Source of the DNA: Alphaproteobacteria bacterium
Lineage (GTDB): Bacteria > Pseudomonadota > Alphaproteobacteria > GCA-2731375
DNA: 64,000 nt
Direction of reading: 5' to 3'
NCBI GenBank assembly: GCA_965232515.1
Contig: CBDDPY010000002.1
Coordinates: forward strand, 1,472,001-1,536,000
Positions 24,198 through 33,872 of the stretch are shown in pieces. The position numbers were made by a program, and so were the translations under genes. How positions within the stretch are numbered: the stretch's first letter is position 1; every line of letters starts with the position of its first letter. The notes beneath the pieces were generated by a model. That model was not told the origin of the DNA, did not search any database, and saw nothing but the letters and a program-made list of their open reading frames with translations.

Positions 24198-24423
24198 GTC
24201 TGCTCATCCCTGTTGTCAGGTTCCGCCGACACGGTGCTTTGGCCTTCGGCCGGTTCAGTTCAGTGCGGTCGGCGGAACGGTTAAGTCTTATCGGCCTTCG
24301 CAACGGCGCATGAATTATGCTGAAAACGGCGCGCTGCGATTTCGCAATGAACTGCCGGAGAAATTGAAACAGGATTATGCGCCGGCTTCAATGCAGCGCG
24401 CATATGGAAGGCCAGACAGCTCG

Positions 24424-25314
24424 CTACAGCTTCGCATCGCCGTAGAGCTTCATGATCGCGGTGACGTCGTCCTGACCGTGGCCGTGAGCGGCCAGCAAGC
24501 GGTGCAGTTCCGTCGCCGTCCCGGTGATCGGCAACGCCGTTCCAGTGGCCCGCGCCAGGTCCTGGACCGTATTCAGGTCCTTGATCATGGTGTCGATAAA
24601 GCTTGTCACCTCGAAGTCGCCGGCCGCCATGCGTGGCTGCATCGTCTGCATCAGCATGGAATCCGCCCGGCCGCCCGCGAGCGCCTCCGGCAGCCGGCGG
24701 GCATCGATCCCGGCATTCTGCGCGAGGCGCGTCGTCTCGGCCAGCAGCGCGAGCGTGCTGGCAACGATCGCCTGATTGATCAGCTTGGTCGCCTGACCGG
24801 CGCCGTTCGGCCCCATCAGCGTGAATCTCGCCGCCAGGTTCTCGAGCACCAGGGCGCGGACGGCATCGAAGTCCGCCGGTTCCCCGCCCGCCATGACGGT
24901 CAGCGTGCCACCCTCGGCCGCTGGCGGTCCGCCCGAAACGGGCGCGTCGATCCAGCCCATGCCGGTATCGGCGCGCAGCGTTGCCGCCATCTCTCGGGTT
25001 GCCTCGGGCTCGATGCTGGACATGTCGATCAGAATCCTGCCGGCGGCACCGCCGGACGCGATACCTTCGGCGCCGAACACGACGTCGCGTACGGCGGCCG
25101 TGTCGGAAACACAGAGGAACACCACGTCGCAGTCGGCCGCCATTGCCGCCGGCGATGCGGTGACGACGGCGCCCGCGGCCGTGAACGGCTCGAGCCGCGC
25201 CGCCGTACGGCCCCAAACGCGGACCGGATGGCCGGCGCGCAACAGACGCTGCGCCATCGGACCGCCCATGAAACCGAGACCGATATAGCCGATGTCAGGC
25301 CTGTCGTTCGCCAT
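24424..25314 (-). CDS. NAD(P)-dependent oxidoreductase, 3-hydroxyisobutyrate dehydrogenase family
   Basis: GYIGLGFMGGPMA, DAPVSGG, GAGQATKLINQ. Confidence 0.9.
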   Translation of the reverse strand: MANDRPDIGYIGLGFMGGPMAQRLLRAGHPVRVWGRTAARLEPFTAAGAVVTASPAAMAADCDVVFLCVSDTAAVRDVVFGAEGIASGGAAGRILIDMSSIEPEATREMAATLRADTGMGWIDAPVSGGPPAAEGGTLTVMAGGEPADFDAVRALVLENLAARFTLMGPNGAGQATKLINQAIVASTLALLAETTRLAQNAGIDARRLPEALAGGRADSMLMQTMQPRMAAGDFEVTSFIDTMIKDLNTVQDLARATGTALPITGTATELHRLLAAHGHGQDDVTAIMKLYGDAKL

Positions 25315-25453
25315 GCTTCCCCGCTTGCGTTACAGTCATGCCCCATGGGCACTATAGCGAAAGTGCCCGGCCGGTGGCCGGCTTGATGCGGATCAAGGAC
25401 GGCAGCGCCCGGCCGGCGCCATCTCTTGGCGGCGAAATCGAGGGAACGCTGAT

Positions 25454-26611
25454 ATGCGCATTGGGGTCCTGACAGGCGGCGGCGACGTGCCGGGCCTGAA
25501 CGTCTGCATTAAGGCAATCGTGAAATCGGCGGCGGATCTCGGCTGGCAGGTCGTCGGCTTCCGCCGCGGCTGGTCGGGTCCGCTGAACAGCAATCCGGAT
25601 ACCGACGCGCCGCAGGGCGAATGGATTCAGGCGCTCAGCGAAGAAGACGTACGGGCCATTGACCGCGAGGGCGGCACCTTCCTGCATACGTCGCGCACCA
25701 ATCCCGGCAAGGTGCGTCCCGACGGCGTGCCAGGCTTTCTCGCCGGACGCTTCCCGATCGACGAAGCCAGGGGGCTCGTGGACTGCACGCCGCATATCCT
25801 GAGCTTGCTGGAGCGGCTGCGCATCGACGCAATCCTGCCGATCGGCGGCGACGACACGCTGTCCTATGCGGCGCGGCTGTCGTCCGAGGGCGTGCCGGTC
25901 GTGGCGATCCCGAAGACCATGGACAACGACGTTTTCGGCACGGACTACTGCATCGGCTTCTCGACCGCCGTCACGCGGTCGATCGATTCAATCCATGCGC
26001 TCCGCACGACCACCGGCAGTCACGAGCGCATCGCCGTCGTCGAGTTGTTCGGCCGCAACAGCGGCGAGACCGCCTTGCTGTCCGGCTACCTGTCGGACGC
26101 CGACCGCGTGGTCATCAGCGAGGTCCCCTGCGAGGCCGAGAAGCTGGCCGACATGCTGATGCAGGACCGCAGCGCCAATCCGAGCCGCTACGCCATGCTC
26201 GTCGTCTCGGAGGGCGCGCGGCTGATCGGCGGCGATGTGATCGAACGCGGCGAAGCCGACGCCTATGGGCACCGCAAGCTTGGCGGCATTGGCCAGATCC
26301 TGGGCGAACGGTTGAAGGAACTGACCGGCGTCGGCATCGTCGGACAGCAGCTCGCCTATCTCATGCGCTCGGGCCCGCCCGACAGCCTCGACCGCATGGT
26401 TGCCGCCTCGTTCGGCCACATGGCCGTACAGCAGGCCGAAGCGCGCCAGTTCGGCGTCATGGTGGCGATGCAGGACGGCAACTATACGACCGTGCCAGTC
26501 GACTCATGCCTCTCGGGGCCAAAGCATGTCGACGTCGACGCGTTTTATGACACGGAGAATTATCGGCCCAAGGTCCCGGATATGACCGGCAAGCCGATGT
26601 TCCTCTACTGA
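25454..26611 (+). CDS. PfkA-family 6-phosphofructokinase, PPi-type signature
   Basis: [37 protein letters not shown]. Confidence 0.88.
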   Translation: MRIGVLTGGGDVPGLNVCIKAIVKSAADLGWQVVGFRRGWSGPLNSNPDTDAPQGEWIQALSEEDVRAIDREGGTFLHTSRTNPGKVRPDGVPGFLAGRFPIDEARGLVDCTPHILSLLERLRIDAILPIGGDDTLSYAARLSSEGVPVVAIPKTMDNDVFGTDYCIGFSTAVTRSIDSIHALRTTTGSHERIAVVELFGRNSGETALLSGYLSDADRVVISEVPCEAEKLADMLMQDRSANPSRYAMLVVSEGARLIGGDVIERGEADAYGHRKLGGIGQILGERLKELTGVGIVGQQLAYLMRSGPPDSLDRMVAASFGHMAVQQAEARQFGVMVAMQDGNYTTVPVDSCLSGPKHVDVDAFYDTENYRPKVPDMTGKPMFLY

Positions 26612-26829
26612 TTGCCCGCGTCGTCGAACGGTTCGCGGGTGATCCGGTCGCCCTTGCGATAGGTCAGGATCACCAGCAGCACCGCGGCAGCGGCCAATGC
26701 CAGCACGGCGAACATGAACGGCACGAAGGACTGCACATGCAGCTTCATGCTGCCCAGCAGATAGAGCGCCACAGCGATCACGATCCAGATCAGCCAATGC
26801 AGCGGCTTGCCGATGAAGATCTCCTTCAT
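26605..26829 (-). CDS. Small two-TM membrane protein
   Basis: 74 aa with two hydrophobic segments; ATGA overlap with the TRAP permease stop. Confidence 0.7.
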   Translation of the reverse strand: MKEIFIGKPLHWLIWIVIAVALYLLGSMKLHVQSFVPFMFAVLALAAAAVLLVILTYRKGDRITREPFDDAGNQ

Positions 26830-28850
26830 GGCAGCGCCCCCCGCTCCTGTCCGCTGATGTCGGACGTCATCCGCCGCCGCGACAAATAGAATCCGCCCAT
26901 CACGACGGCGCCGGCCAGCACGAAGACATGGCCCGGAATGCCGAAGGGGCTGAGCTGTGGCGGCACGAACATCAACACGGTGACGCCGAACATCAGCGCC
27001 CGGCCCAGGGCGCCGACCGGACCGCGGTACCAGCCCTCCAGCGCCACCGAGAGCGCCCAGACTCCGATCAGCACGGCGACCGTCGAATAGAGCGTCAGCC
27101 AGAGCGGCCCCTCGAACACCAGGCTCGGGTTATAGACGAAGGCGAACGGCACGATGTATTTCGCGATGCCGATGCGGGCCGACTCGACGGCCGTTTCCAT
27201 CGGCCGGCTGCCGGCGATGGCGGCGGCCGCGAACGAAGCCAGCGCCACCGGCGGCGTGATGGTCGAGACCACGCCGAAATAGAACGCGAACAGGTGCGCC
27301 GAGATCGGCACCACGCCGATCTCGATCAGCGCCGGCACGATGAGCGCCGCGACCGTGATGTAGACGGCCGTCGTCGTCATGCCCATGCCCAGGATGATGC
27401 CCGCGATCGCGGTCAGCACCAGCAGCACGAACAGATGACCGCCGGCGAGATCGATCGCCGAGTTCGTGAACTTCAATCCGAGCCCGGACGTGAAGACCGA
27501 ACCGATGATGATGCCGGCGCAGGCGCAGGCCACCGTCACCGGCACGGTGGCGCGCACGCCCGACTCGAGCGCCGCCAGCAGGTCGGCGGCGCTCATCCGC
27601 GTGCCCTTGTTGACGAACGACAGCGCCACGAGCGTCAGGATGCTCCAGAACGCCGACAGCATCGGCGTGTAGCCGACACCAAGCAGGCCGATCAGTACGG
27701 CGAGCGACAACAGCAGGTGCCAGCCGCCGGCCAGCACTTCGAAGAAGGCCGGCAGGCGCGATTTTTCGATCTTCTCGATGCCGTACTTCTCGGCCTCGAA
27801 ATGCACCATGAAGTAGATCGTCACGAAATAGAGGAAGGTCGGAATGACCGCGGCGACGATCACCCAGAGATAGCTGACCTGCAGGAACTCGGCGATGATG
27901 AAGGCCGCCGCGCCCATGATCGGCGGCGTGATCTGGCCGCCCGACGACGCGCAGGCCTCGACCGCGCCGGCGAATTTCGGTCGATAGCCCAGTCGCCGCA
28001 TCAGCGGAATCGTAAACGATCCCGTCGTCACCACGTTGGCGACGGCCGAGCCCGATACCGTGCCCATGAAGGCGCTCGCCACCACGGATGCCTTCGCCGG
28101 CCCGCCGGCCCGGTGACCGGTCAACGAGATCGCCAGATCGATGAAGAAGCGGCCGGCGCCCGAGCGCAGCAGGATCGCGCCGAACAGGATGAACAGCAGG
28201 ATGTAGGTCGAGGCGACGAAGATCGGAATGCCGTAGATGCCTTCCGAACGCAGGAAGATCAGGTCGATGTATTTCACGAACGACGTCGGCGGCCCATAGA
28301 GGATGCCGAAGAAATGCGGGCTGTAGAGCGCGTGCGTGATGAAAAAGGCCGCCACCAGCACCATGGCCATGCCGACCGTCCGCCGCGTCGCCTCCAGCAC
28401 CAGCAGGATCATCGCCGTGCCGACATAGACGTCCGACGGCGCCAGATCGCCCTGGCGCATGTGGAAGGCCTGGATGTCGTAGAGGGTGTAGATCTGTACG
28501 AACAGGCCGACGCCGATCAGGCCCATGTCGACGATGAAGCCGAGCACCCGCTTGGCATTGCCGACGCCGTCCGCGCGCAACAGCGGCTCGTGCATGCTGG
28601 CCCGGAACAGCGGGTTCAGCAGGACGGCCAGCACCAGCATCACCGTCAGGTGCGTGCCCCGGAAGGCGCGTGTCTCCGGCGTGCCGAAAGCGGCGACATA
28701 GAGGTGAAACAGCGCCAGCGCGACGCTCAGGATCGACGCCGTGATCGCAAGCGCGCGCGCCAGGTTCATGCGCTCGTCGCGCAGCACCGTTTCGAGCAGC
28801 GAGAAGTTCTTGACCTCTTGATACTCGATACGGTCGGCGGTGCCAGCCAT
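26826..28850 (-). CDS. TRAP transporter fused permease (4TM/12TM, TAXI-associated)
   Basis: GGPAKASVVAS, SGSAVANVVTTG, ASSGGQITPPIMGAAAF, ITPPVALA. Confidence 0.93.
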   Translation of the reverse strand: MAGTADRIEYQEVKNFSLLETVLRDERMNLARALAITASILSVALALFHLYVAAFGTPETRAFRGTHLTVMLVLAVLLNPLFRASMHEPLLRADGVGNAKRVLGFIVDMGLIGVGLFVQIYTLYDIQAFHMRQGDLAPSDVYVGTAMILLVLEATRRTVGMAMVLVAAFFITHALYSPHFFGILYGPPTSFVKYIDLIFLRSEGIYGIPIFVASTYILLFILFGAILLRSGAGRFFIDLAISLTGHRAGGPAKASVVASAFMGTVSGSAVANVVTTGSFTIPLMRRLGYRPKFAGAVEACASSGGQITPPIMGAAAFIIAEFLQVSYLWVIVAAVIPTFLYFVTIYFMVHFEAEKYGIEKIEKSRLPAFFEVLAGGWHLLLSLAVLIGLLGVGYTPMLSAFWSILTLVALSFVNKGTRMSAADLLAALESGVRATVPVTVACACAGIIIGSVFTSGLGLKFTNSAIDLAGGHLFVLLVLTAIAGIILGMGMTTTAVYITVAALIVPALIEIGVVPISAHLFAFYFGVVSTITPPVALASFAAAAIAGSRPMETAVESARIGIAKYIVPFAFVYNPSLVFEGPLWLTLYSTVAVLIGVWALSVALEGWYRGPVGALGRALMFGVTVLMFVPPQLSPFGIPGHVFVLAGAVVMGGFYLSRRRMTSDISGQERGALP

Positions 28851-28931
28851 GGTTCGCCGCCCCGTTTTACTCAATCTAGAAAGAACGGCGTCGGCGCGTC
28901 CGGATCAACCGGCGCGCCGACGCATAAACGA

Positions 28932-29894
28932 CTATTTCTTCTTGATGCCCTGCTCGTCGTAGTAGCGCTGGGCGCCCGGATGAATGGGCACCGCGGCGCC
29001 AAGCAGCGCGTTCTCCAGCTTAACGTCGTTCCAGACCTTCTTCACCTTGACGAATTCGCCATGGTTGTCCCAGAGCGTCTTGGTGATGTTGTAGACGATC
29101 TCCTCAGGCACGTCCTTGTTGACGACCAGGATCGTCACGACGCCCAAGGTCGGCACGTCGGCGTCCATGTTCTCGTACGCCGTGGTCGGGATCACCGTCT
29201 TGATATAGCCGGGATTGTCCGACATGAACTTCGACATGACATCGGGCTCGACGCCGAGGAAACGCACGCCCGGATTGAAGTTCAGGTCGATCAGCGAAGC
29301 CTGCGGCACGCTGGTCATGGCCATGAAGGCATCGATGTGACCGTCCTTCATCAGGCCGACGGAGTCGCTGTAGGACACGTGGTGCACCGTGCCACCGGCC
29401 TTCTTGATGCCATCCATGCTGATGTCGTAGTAGCTCAGCAGCAGCTCGGCCGCCGCATAACCCGACCACTTCGCCAGCCCGGGGCTGATGTTCTTGTTCT
29501 TCAGATCGGCATAGGACTTGATTTCGGAATCGCGCGGCACCGCGGTCTGGAAGGCGCCGGGATAAAGCGTCGCCAGGTGCCGGATGTTCTCCTGCGCCTT
29601 GTTGAACTTACCCTGCCCCTTGAAGCCGTTGTAGGACGTATGCGCGTAGCTCCAGCCGATCTCGGCCTCACGCTTGTTGACGTCCAACAGGTTGCCGACG
29701 CCGCCGCCCGGACCGTTCGACGTGGCGATGCCGGCCACTTCTTTGCCGAGCACCTCCGAAATCTTGGCGCCGAGCGGATACCAGCTGCCGCCGGCAGGTC
29801 CCGATACCATGCGAATGAATTCGTCGGCATTGGCAGTTGTCGCCGCCAATGCAAGCGATGCTGCCAGAATCGCTGATTTTCCGAATTGACGCAT
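28932..29894 (-). CDS. TAXI family TRAP solute-binding protein
   Basis: GPAGGSWYPLG, GGGVGN, PIHPGAQRYYDE. Confidence 0.92.
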   Translation of the reverse strand: MRQFGKSAILAASLALAATTANADEFIRMVSGPAGGSWYPLGAKISEVLGKEVAGIATSNGPGGGVGNLLDVNKREAEIGWSYAHTSYNGFKGQGKFNKAQENIRHLATLYPGAFQTAVPRDSEIKSYADLKNKNISPGLAKWSGYAAAELLLSYYDISMDGIKKAGGTVHHVSYSDSVGLMKDGHIDAFMAMTSVPQASLIDLNFNPGVRFLGVEPDVMSKFMSDNPGYIKTVIPTTAYENMDADVPTLGVVTILVVNKDVPEEIVYNITKTLWDNHGEFVKVKKVWNDVKLENALLGAAVPIHPGAQRYYDEQGIKKK

Positions 29895-30087
29895 CTGTCT
29901 CCCTTTCAACATTTTGCCGCCGGCCTCGCACCGGGGCGCCTTTGATACTGACTATCCGCCGCCGAAGTTATCGACATGCGAAACGGCGGCGCCGCAACAA
30001 TGCCGCACCGCCCTCAAGGCCGAATGCTGCCGCGACAGCGCGCCCGATGCAAGCGTTTAGCCCGGAACTTCGGAGGAATTTGAGAGT

Positions 30088-30165
30088 TGGGGCGAGTGAT
30101 GGGATTTGAACCCACGACCCCCTGGACCACAACCAGGTGCTCTAACCAACTGAGCTACACCCGCC
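30088..30165 (-). tRNA. tRNA-His(GTG) with G-1
   Basis: GGCGGGTGTAGCTCAGTTGGTTAGAGCACCTGGTTGTGGTCCAGGGGGTCGTGGGTTCAAATCCCATCACTCGCCCCA. Confidence 0.96.
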
Positions 30166-30215
30166 ACCTGAAACCTGTCTCTACTGCCAAGCCCTAGGCG
30201 GCGTCAAGCGACGCG

Positions 30216-30656
30216 TCAGGCCGGCAGGGTCGCGCCCGCCGCATGGTGACCCGCCAGCGCCCGGATGCGCTTGACCATGGCATAGAGGCCGTTGCTTCGG
30301 CTCGGGCTGAGCGCCTGCTCCAGGCCGAGCCGGTCGAGGATGCCGCGGATGTCGGCGGCCAGGATCTCCTCGGCCGTCCGGTCCTGATAGACCATCATCA
30401 AAACCGCCACCAAGCCCTTGACGATAAAGGCATCGCTGTCGGCGGCGAAATGAATGCGCGGCGGCGTCTCGTCGCTCACATCGCTGCGCAGCCAGACCTG
30501 ACTGACGCAGCCATGCACGCGGTTCGCCTCCGTCTTGTCGGCCTCGGCCATGGCCGGCAGCGCCCGGCCCAAGTCGATGATGTAGCGGTAGCGGTCTTCC
30601 CACTGATCGAGCAGCTCGAAGTTCTCGATCAGCTCATCGACGCTCAACTCCGACAT
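30216..30656 (-). CDS. sufE: SufE family Fe-S sulfur acceptor
   Basis: WEDRYRYIIDLG, VHGCVSQVW, DSDAFIVKGL, LSPSRSNGL. Confidence 0.93.
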   Translation of the reverse strand: MSELSVDELIENFELLDQWEDRYRYIIDLGRALPAMAEADKTEANRVHGCVSQVWLRSDVSDETPPRIHFAADSDAFIVKGLVAVLMMVYQDRTAEEILAADIRGILDRLGLEQALSPSRSNGLYAMVKRIRALAGHHAAGATLPA

Positions 30657-30669
30657 GCGCCGCCTAACC

Positions 30670-31836
30670 TCAGCCCGACTTGCCGAAATGATCCGCCAGC
30701 CGGTCGGCCGCCCCCGACAGGACCTCGTGGCGCTTGCAGAAGCAGAAGCGGATCAAGTGGTCGACCGGCGCCTCGGCGTAGAGGGCGCTCACCGGCACCG
30801 CGGTGACGCCGGCCTCGATGGTGATATGCCGGCAGAAGTCGACGTCGGTGCCGTTAAACCCGAGCGGTCGGAAATCGGCGTTCATGAAATAGGTCGAGTC
30901 GCAGTCCATGACGTCGAAACCGATGTCGGTCAGCCGGCCAGAGAGGTAATCGCGCTTCGCCTGAAGCTCGCCGGCAAGGCCCGTATACCAGTCGACCTCA
31001 TTGTCGAGCCCGTAGGCCACGGCCCGCTGCAGGTTCGCGGGCGTCGTGAAGACCAGGAACTGATGTGCCTTGGCGATCACGCCCAGCAAAGCCGGCGCCG
31101 CCGTGACGTAACCGACCTTCCAGGATGTCATCGAGAAGGTCTTGCCGGCCGAGCCGATGCGCACGCAGCGTTCGCGCATGCCGGGCAGCGTGATCAGCGG
31201 AATATGCTGCCGGCCGTCGAAGATCAGATGTTCGTAGACCTCGTCGCAGATCGCATAGGCGTCGTGCTTTTCCAGCAGCCCGGCCATGAAGCTGAGCTCG
31301 TCGGCCGTGAACACCTTGCCCGTCGGGTTGTTCGGGCTGTTCATCAGCACGAACTTGGTCTTGTCCGAAAAGGCGGCGGTCAGCGCCTCGCGCGGCAAGG
31401 CCCAGTCCGGCGGCGACAGCGGCACCACCTTGGCCACGGCGCCGGCGCGCTGGACCATCGGCAGATAGGAGTCGTAGAGCGGCTCGAACAGCACCACCTC
31501 GTCGCCCGGCTCGACCAGCGCGAGGATGCTGGCGGCCAGCGCCTCGGTCGCGCCCGAGGTCACCATGACCTCGGTCTGCCAGTCGACCTCCAGGCCGTAG
31601 AACCGCTTGTTATGGGCGGCGACCGCCTGACGCAGCTCCGGGATTCCCATCATCGGCGGATACTGGTTTGGGAATTCCCGCGTCGCGGTGTCGACCATGC
31701 GCTTGACGGAATCGGGCCCCTCCTCGTCCGGAAAGCCCTGGCCCAGATTGATGGTCTTGTGCTCGATCGCCAGCCGCGACATGACCTCGAAAACGGTCGT
31801 GCCGAAGCCCGAAAGAACGGTGTTCGCCGGCTTCAT
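30670..31836 (-). CDS. PLP-dependent aminotransferase class I/II
   Basis: INLGQGFPD, NSPNNPTG, DEVYE, SAGKTFSMTSWKVG. Confidence 0.92.
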   Translation of the reverse strand: MKPANTVLSGFGTTVFEVMSRLAIEHKTINLGQGFPDEEGPDSVKRMVDTATREFPNQYPPMMGIPELRQAVAAHNKRFYGLEVDWQTEVMVTSGATEALAASILALVEPGDEVVLFEPLYDSYLPMVQRAGAVAKVVPLSPPDWALPREALTAAFSDKTKFVLMNSPNNPTGKVFTADELSFMAGLLEKHDAYAICDEVYEHLIFDGRQHIPLITLPGMRERCVRIGSAGKTFSMTSWKVGYVTAAPALLGVIAKAHQFLVFTTPANLQRAVAYGLDNEVDWYTGLAGELQAKRDYLSGRLTDIGFDVMDCDSTYFMNADFRPLGFNGTDVDFCRHITIEAGVTAVPVSALYAEAPVDHLIRFCFCKRHEVLSGAADRLADHFGKSG

Positions 31837-31947
31837 CGCCACCCTCCAAATCGGCGGCGGATACTCTCAGATGGCGCTCTGGCGCGCAAGCCGTGGCGAT
31901 GATGTAAGATCGGCGGCTCTTGGACCTGCCAGCCGGATCTCCGATAC

Positions 31948-32676
31948 ATGCCTCAAGACGCTCGTTCCGAACTCGCACCGCACGGCAAACTCCGCGCCGG
32001 CATCAACCTTGCCAATTTCCTGCTCGTCACCGGCCGCTCGGCCGCTGGCGATCCGGAGGGCGTCGCCCCCGACATGGCCCGCGAGATCGCCAAACGGCTC
32101 GACGTCGAGGTCGCCTACGTGCCGTTCGCGACGCCGGGTGAACTCGCAGACGCCTGCGGCGATGACGCCTGGGACATCGGCCTGATCGCCGACGAGCCGG
32201 CCCGGGCCGAGACCATCGCCTTCACCGCCGCCTACGTGGAGATCGAGGCCACCTATCTGGTGCCCGCCGGCTCGCCGCTGACGCGCGTCGAGGACGTCGA
32301 CCGGGCCGGTGTCCGCATCGCCGTGTCGGGCCGCAGCGCCTACGATCTCTATCTCACCCGGCATCTCAAACAGGCCGAACTCGTCCGCGCCGACGGCATC
32401 GACGCCTCCTACGACCTGTTCGTCAACGACGGCCTCGACGCCCTGGCCGGCCTCCGCCCCCGCCTGATCGAAGACGTCGAAAAGCTGCCCGGCGCCCGCA
32501 TCCTCGACGGCCGCTTCACCGCCGTGCAGCAGGCCATCGGCACCAAGCGCGGCAGCGACGCCGGCCTCGCGTTCCTCCGCGACTTCGTCGAGGAAGCGAA
32601 GGCCGGCGGTCTCGTCGCCCGCCTCATCGACCACCACGGCGTCACCGGCCGCCTGACGGTCGCCCCGCCCGCCTGA
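31948..32676 (+). CDS. Solute-binding protein family 3-like domain protein
   Basis: LAPHGKLRAGINLAN, DVDRAGVRIAV, SAYDLYL; no signal peptide seen. Confidence 0.75.
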   Translation: MPQDARSELAPHGKLRAGINLANFLLVTGRSAAGDPEGVAPDMAREIAKRLDVEVAYVPFATPGELADACGDDAWDIGLIADEPARAETIAFTAAYVEIEATYLVPAGSPLTRVEDVDRAGVRIAVSGRSAYDLYLTRHLKQAELVRADGIDASYDLFVNDGLDALAGLRPRLIEDVEKLPGARILDGRFTAVQQAIGTKRGSDAGLAFLRDFVEEAKAGGLVARLIDHHGVTGRLTVAPPA

Positions 32677-32690
32677 TCCGGAGCCCCAAC

Positions 32691-33857
32691 ATGCAACTCG
32701 CCGACAGAATGAGCCATCTCGGGACCGAGACCGCGTTCGAGGTCCTGGCCCGGGCCAACAAGCTGGCCGCCGAAGGCCGCGACATCATCAATCTCGGCAT
32801 CGGTCAGCCGGATTTCAAAACGCCCGACCATATCGTCGAAGCCGGCCGTCAGGCGCTCGCCGACGGGCATCACGGCTATACGCCGGCGAACGGCATTCCA
32901 GCCATCCGCGAGGCCGTGGCGGCGGACATTCAGACGTACCGCGGCATCGCCGTCGATCCCGACCATGTCGTCGTCGTGCCGGGCGGCAAGCCGACCATGT
33001 TCTTCGCCTGCCTGATGTTCGGCGAGGCCGGGGCCGAGATCATGTATCCGAACCCCGGCTTTCCGATCTACGAGTCGGCGATCCGGTTCTCCGGCGCGAC
33101 GCCCGTGCCGATCGAGCTGCACGAGGACACCGGCTTTTCCTTCAATGCCGAAGAGGTGCTGGCCAAGATCACGCCTGCGACCCGCCTTATCATCGTCAAC
33201 AGCCCGGCCAACCCGACCGGCGGCGTCGTGCAGAAATCGGATCTCGACACGCTGGTCGAAGGGCTCGCCGCGCACCCGCATGTCGCGGTGATGTCGGACG
33301 AGATCTACAGCCGCATGGTCTACGACAACCAGCCGCATGTCAGCATGCTCGGCTACGAGAGCATCCGCGATCGGCTCATCCTGCTCGACGGCTGGTCCAA
33401 GACCTATGCCATGACCGGCTGGCGGCTGGGCTACGCGGTCTGGCCGGCTAACCTGGTCGAGCAGGCGACGCGGCTCTGCGTCAACGACCACTCCTGCGTC
33501 AACGCCGCCACGCAATTCGCCGGCATCGCCGCGCTGCAGGGACCGCAGGATTCAGTCGACGTCATGACGTCGGCCTTCGACGAGCGCCGACGGGTCATCG
33601 TCGACGAGCTGAACGACATGCCGGGCGTGACCTGCGTGCGGCCGGGCGGCGCCTTCTACGCCTTTCCCAACATCACCGGTACTGGCATGCGCTCCCAGGA
33701 ACTGCAGGAACGGCTGTTGAACGAGGCCGGCGTGGCGGCGATTTCCGGCACCAGCTTCGGGGCGCTGGGCGAAGGCTACCTGCGCTTCTCCTACGCCAAC
33801 TCGACGGAAAACATCCGCGAGGCCATGCGGCGGATGCGGGAACTGCTGAGCGCTTAG
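32691..33857 (+). CDS. PLP-dependent aminotransferase (aspartate aminotransferase-like)
   Basis: NLGIGQPDF, NSPANPTG, SDEIY, GWSKTYAMTGWRLG. Confidence 0.92.
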   Translation: MQLADRMSHLGTETAFEVLARANKLAAEGRDIINLGIGQPDFKTPDHIVEAGRQALADGHHGYTPANGIPAIREAVAADIQTYRGIAVDPDHVVVVPGGKPTMFFACLMFGEAGAEIMYPNPGFPIYESAIRFSGATPVPIELHEDTGFSFNAEEVLAKITPATRLIIVNSPANPTGGVVQKSDLDTLVEGLAAHPHVAVMSDEIYSRMVYDNQPHVSMLGYESIRDRLILLDGWSKTYAMTGWRLGYAVWPANLVEQATRLCVNDHSCVNAATQFAGIAALQGPQDSVDVMTSAFDERRRVIVDELNDMPGVTCVRPGGAFYAFPNITGTGMRSQELQERLLNEAGVAAISGTSFGALGEGYLRFSYANSTENIREAMRRMRELLSA

Positions 33858-33872
33858 CCCGGGCCGACGGCG

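Noticed and set aside
30048-30063. Possible sigma54 promoter (GGGCTA-AACGC-TTGCA, minus strand) for the TAXI operon
   Set aside because: GG-N10-GC spacing fits, but the -24 element is poor and no activator gene is nearby.
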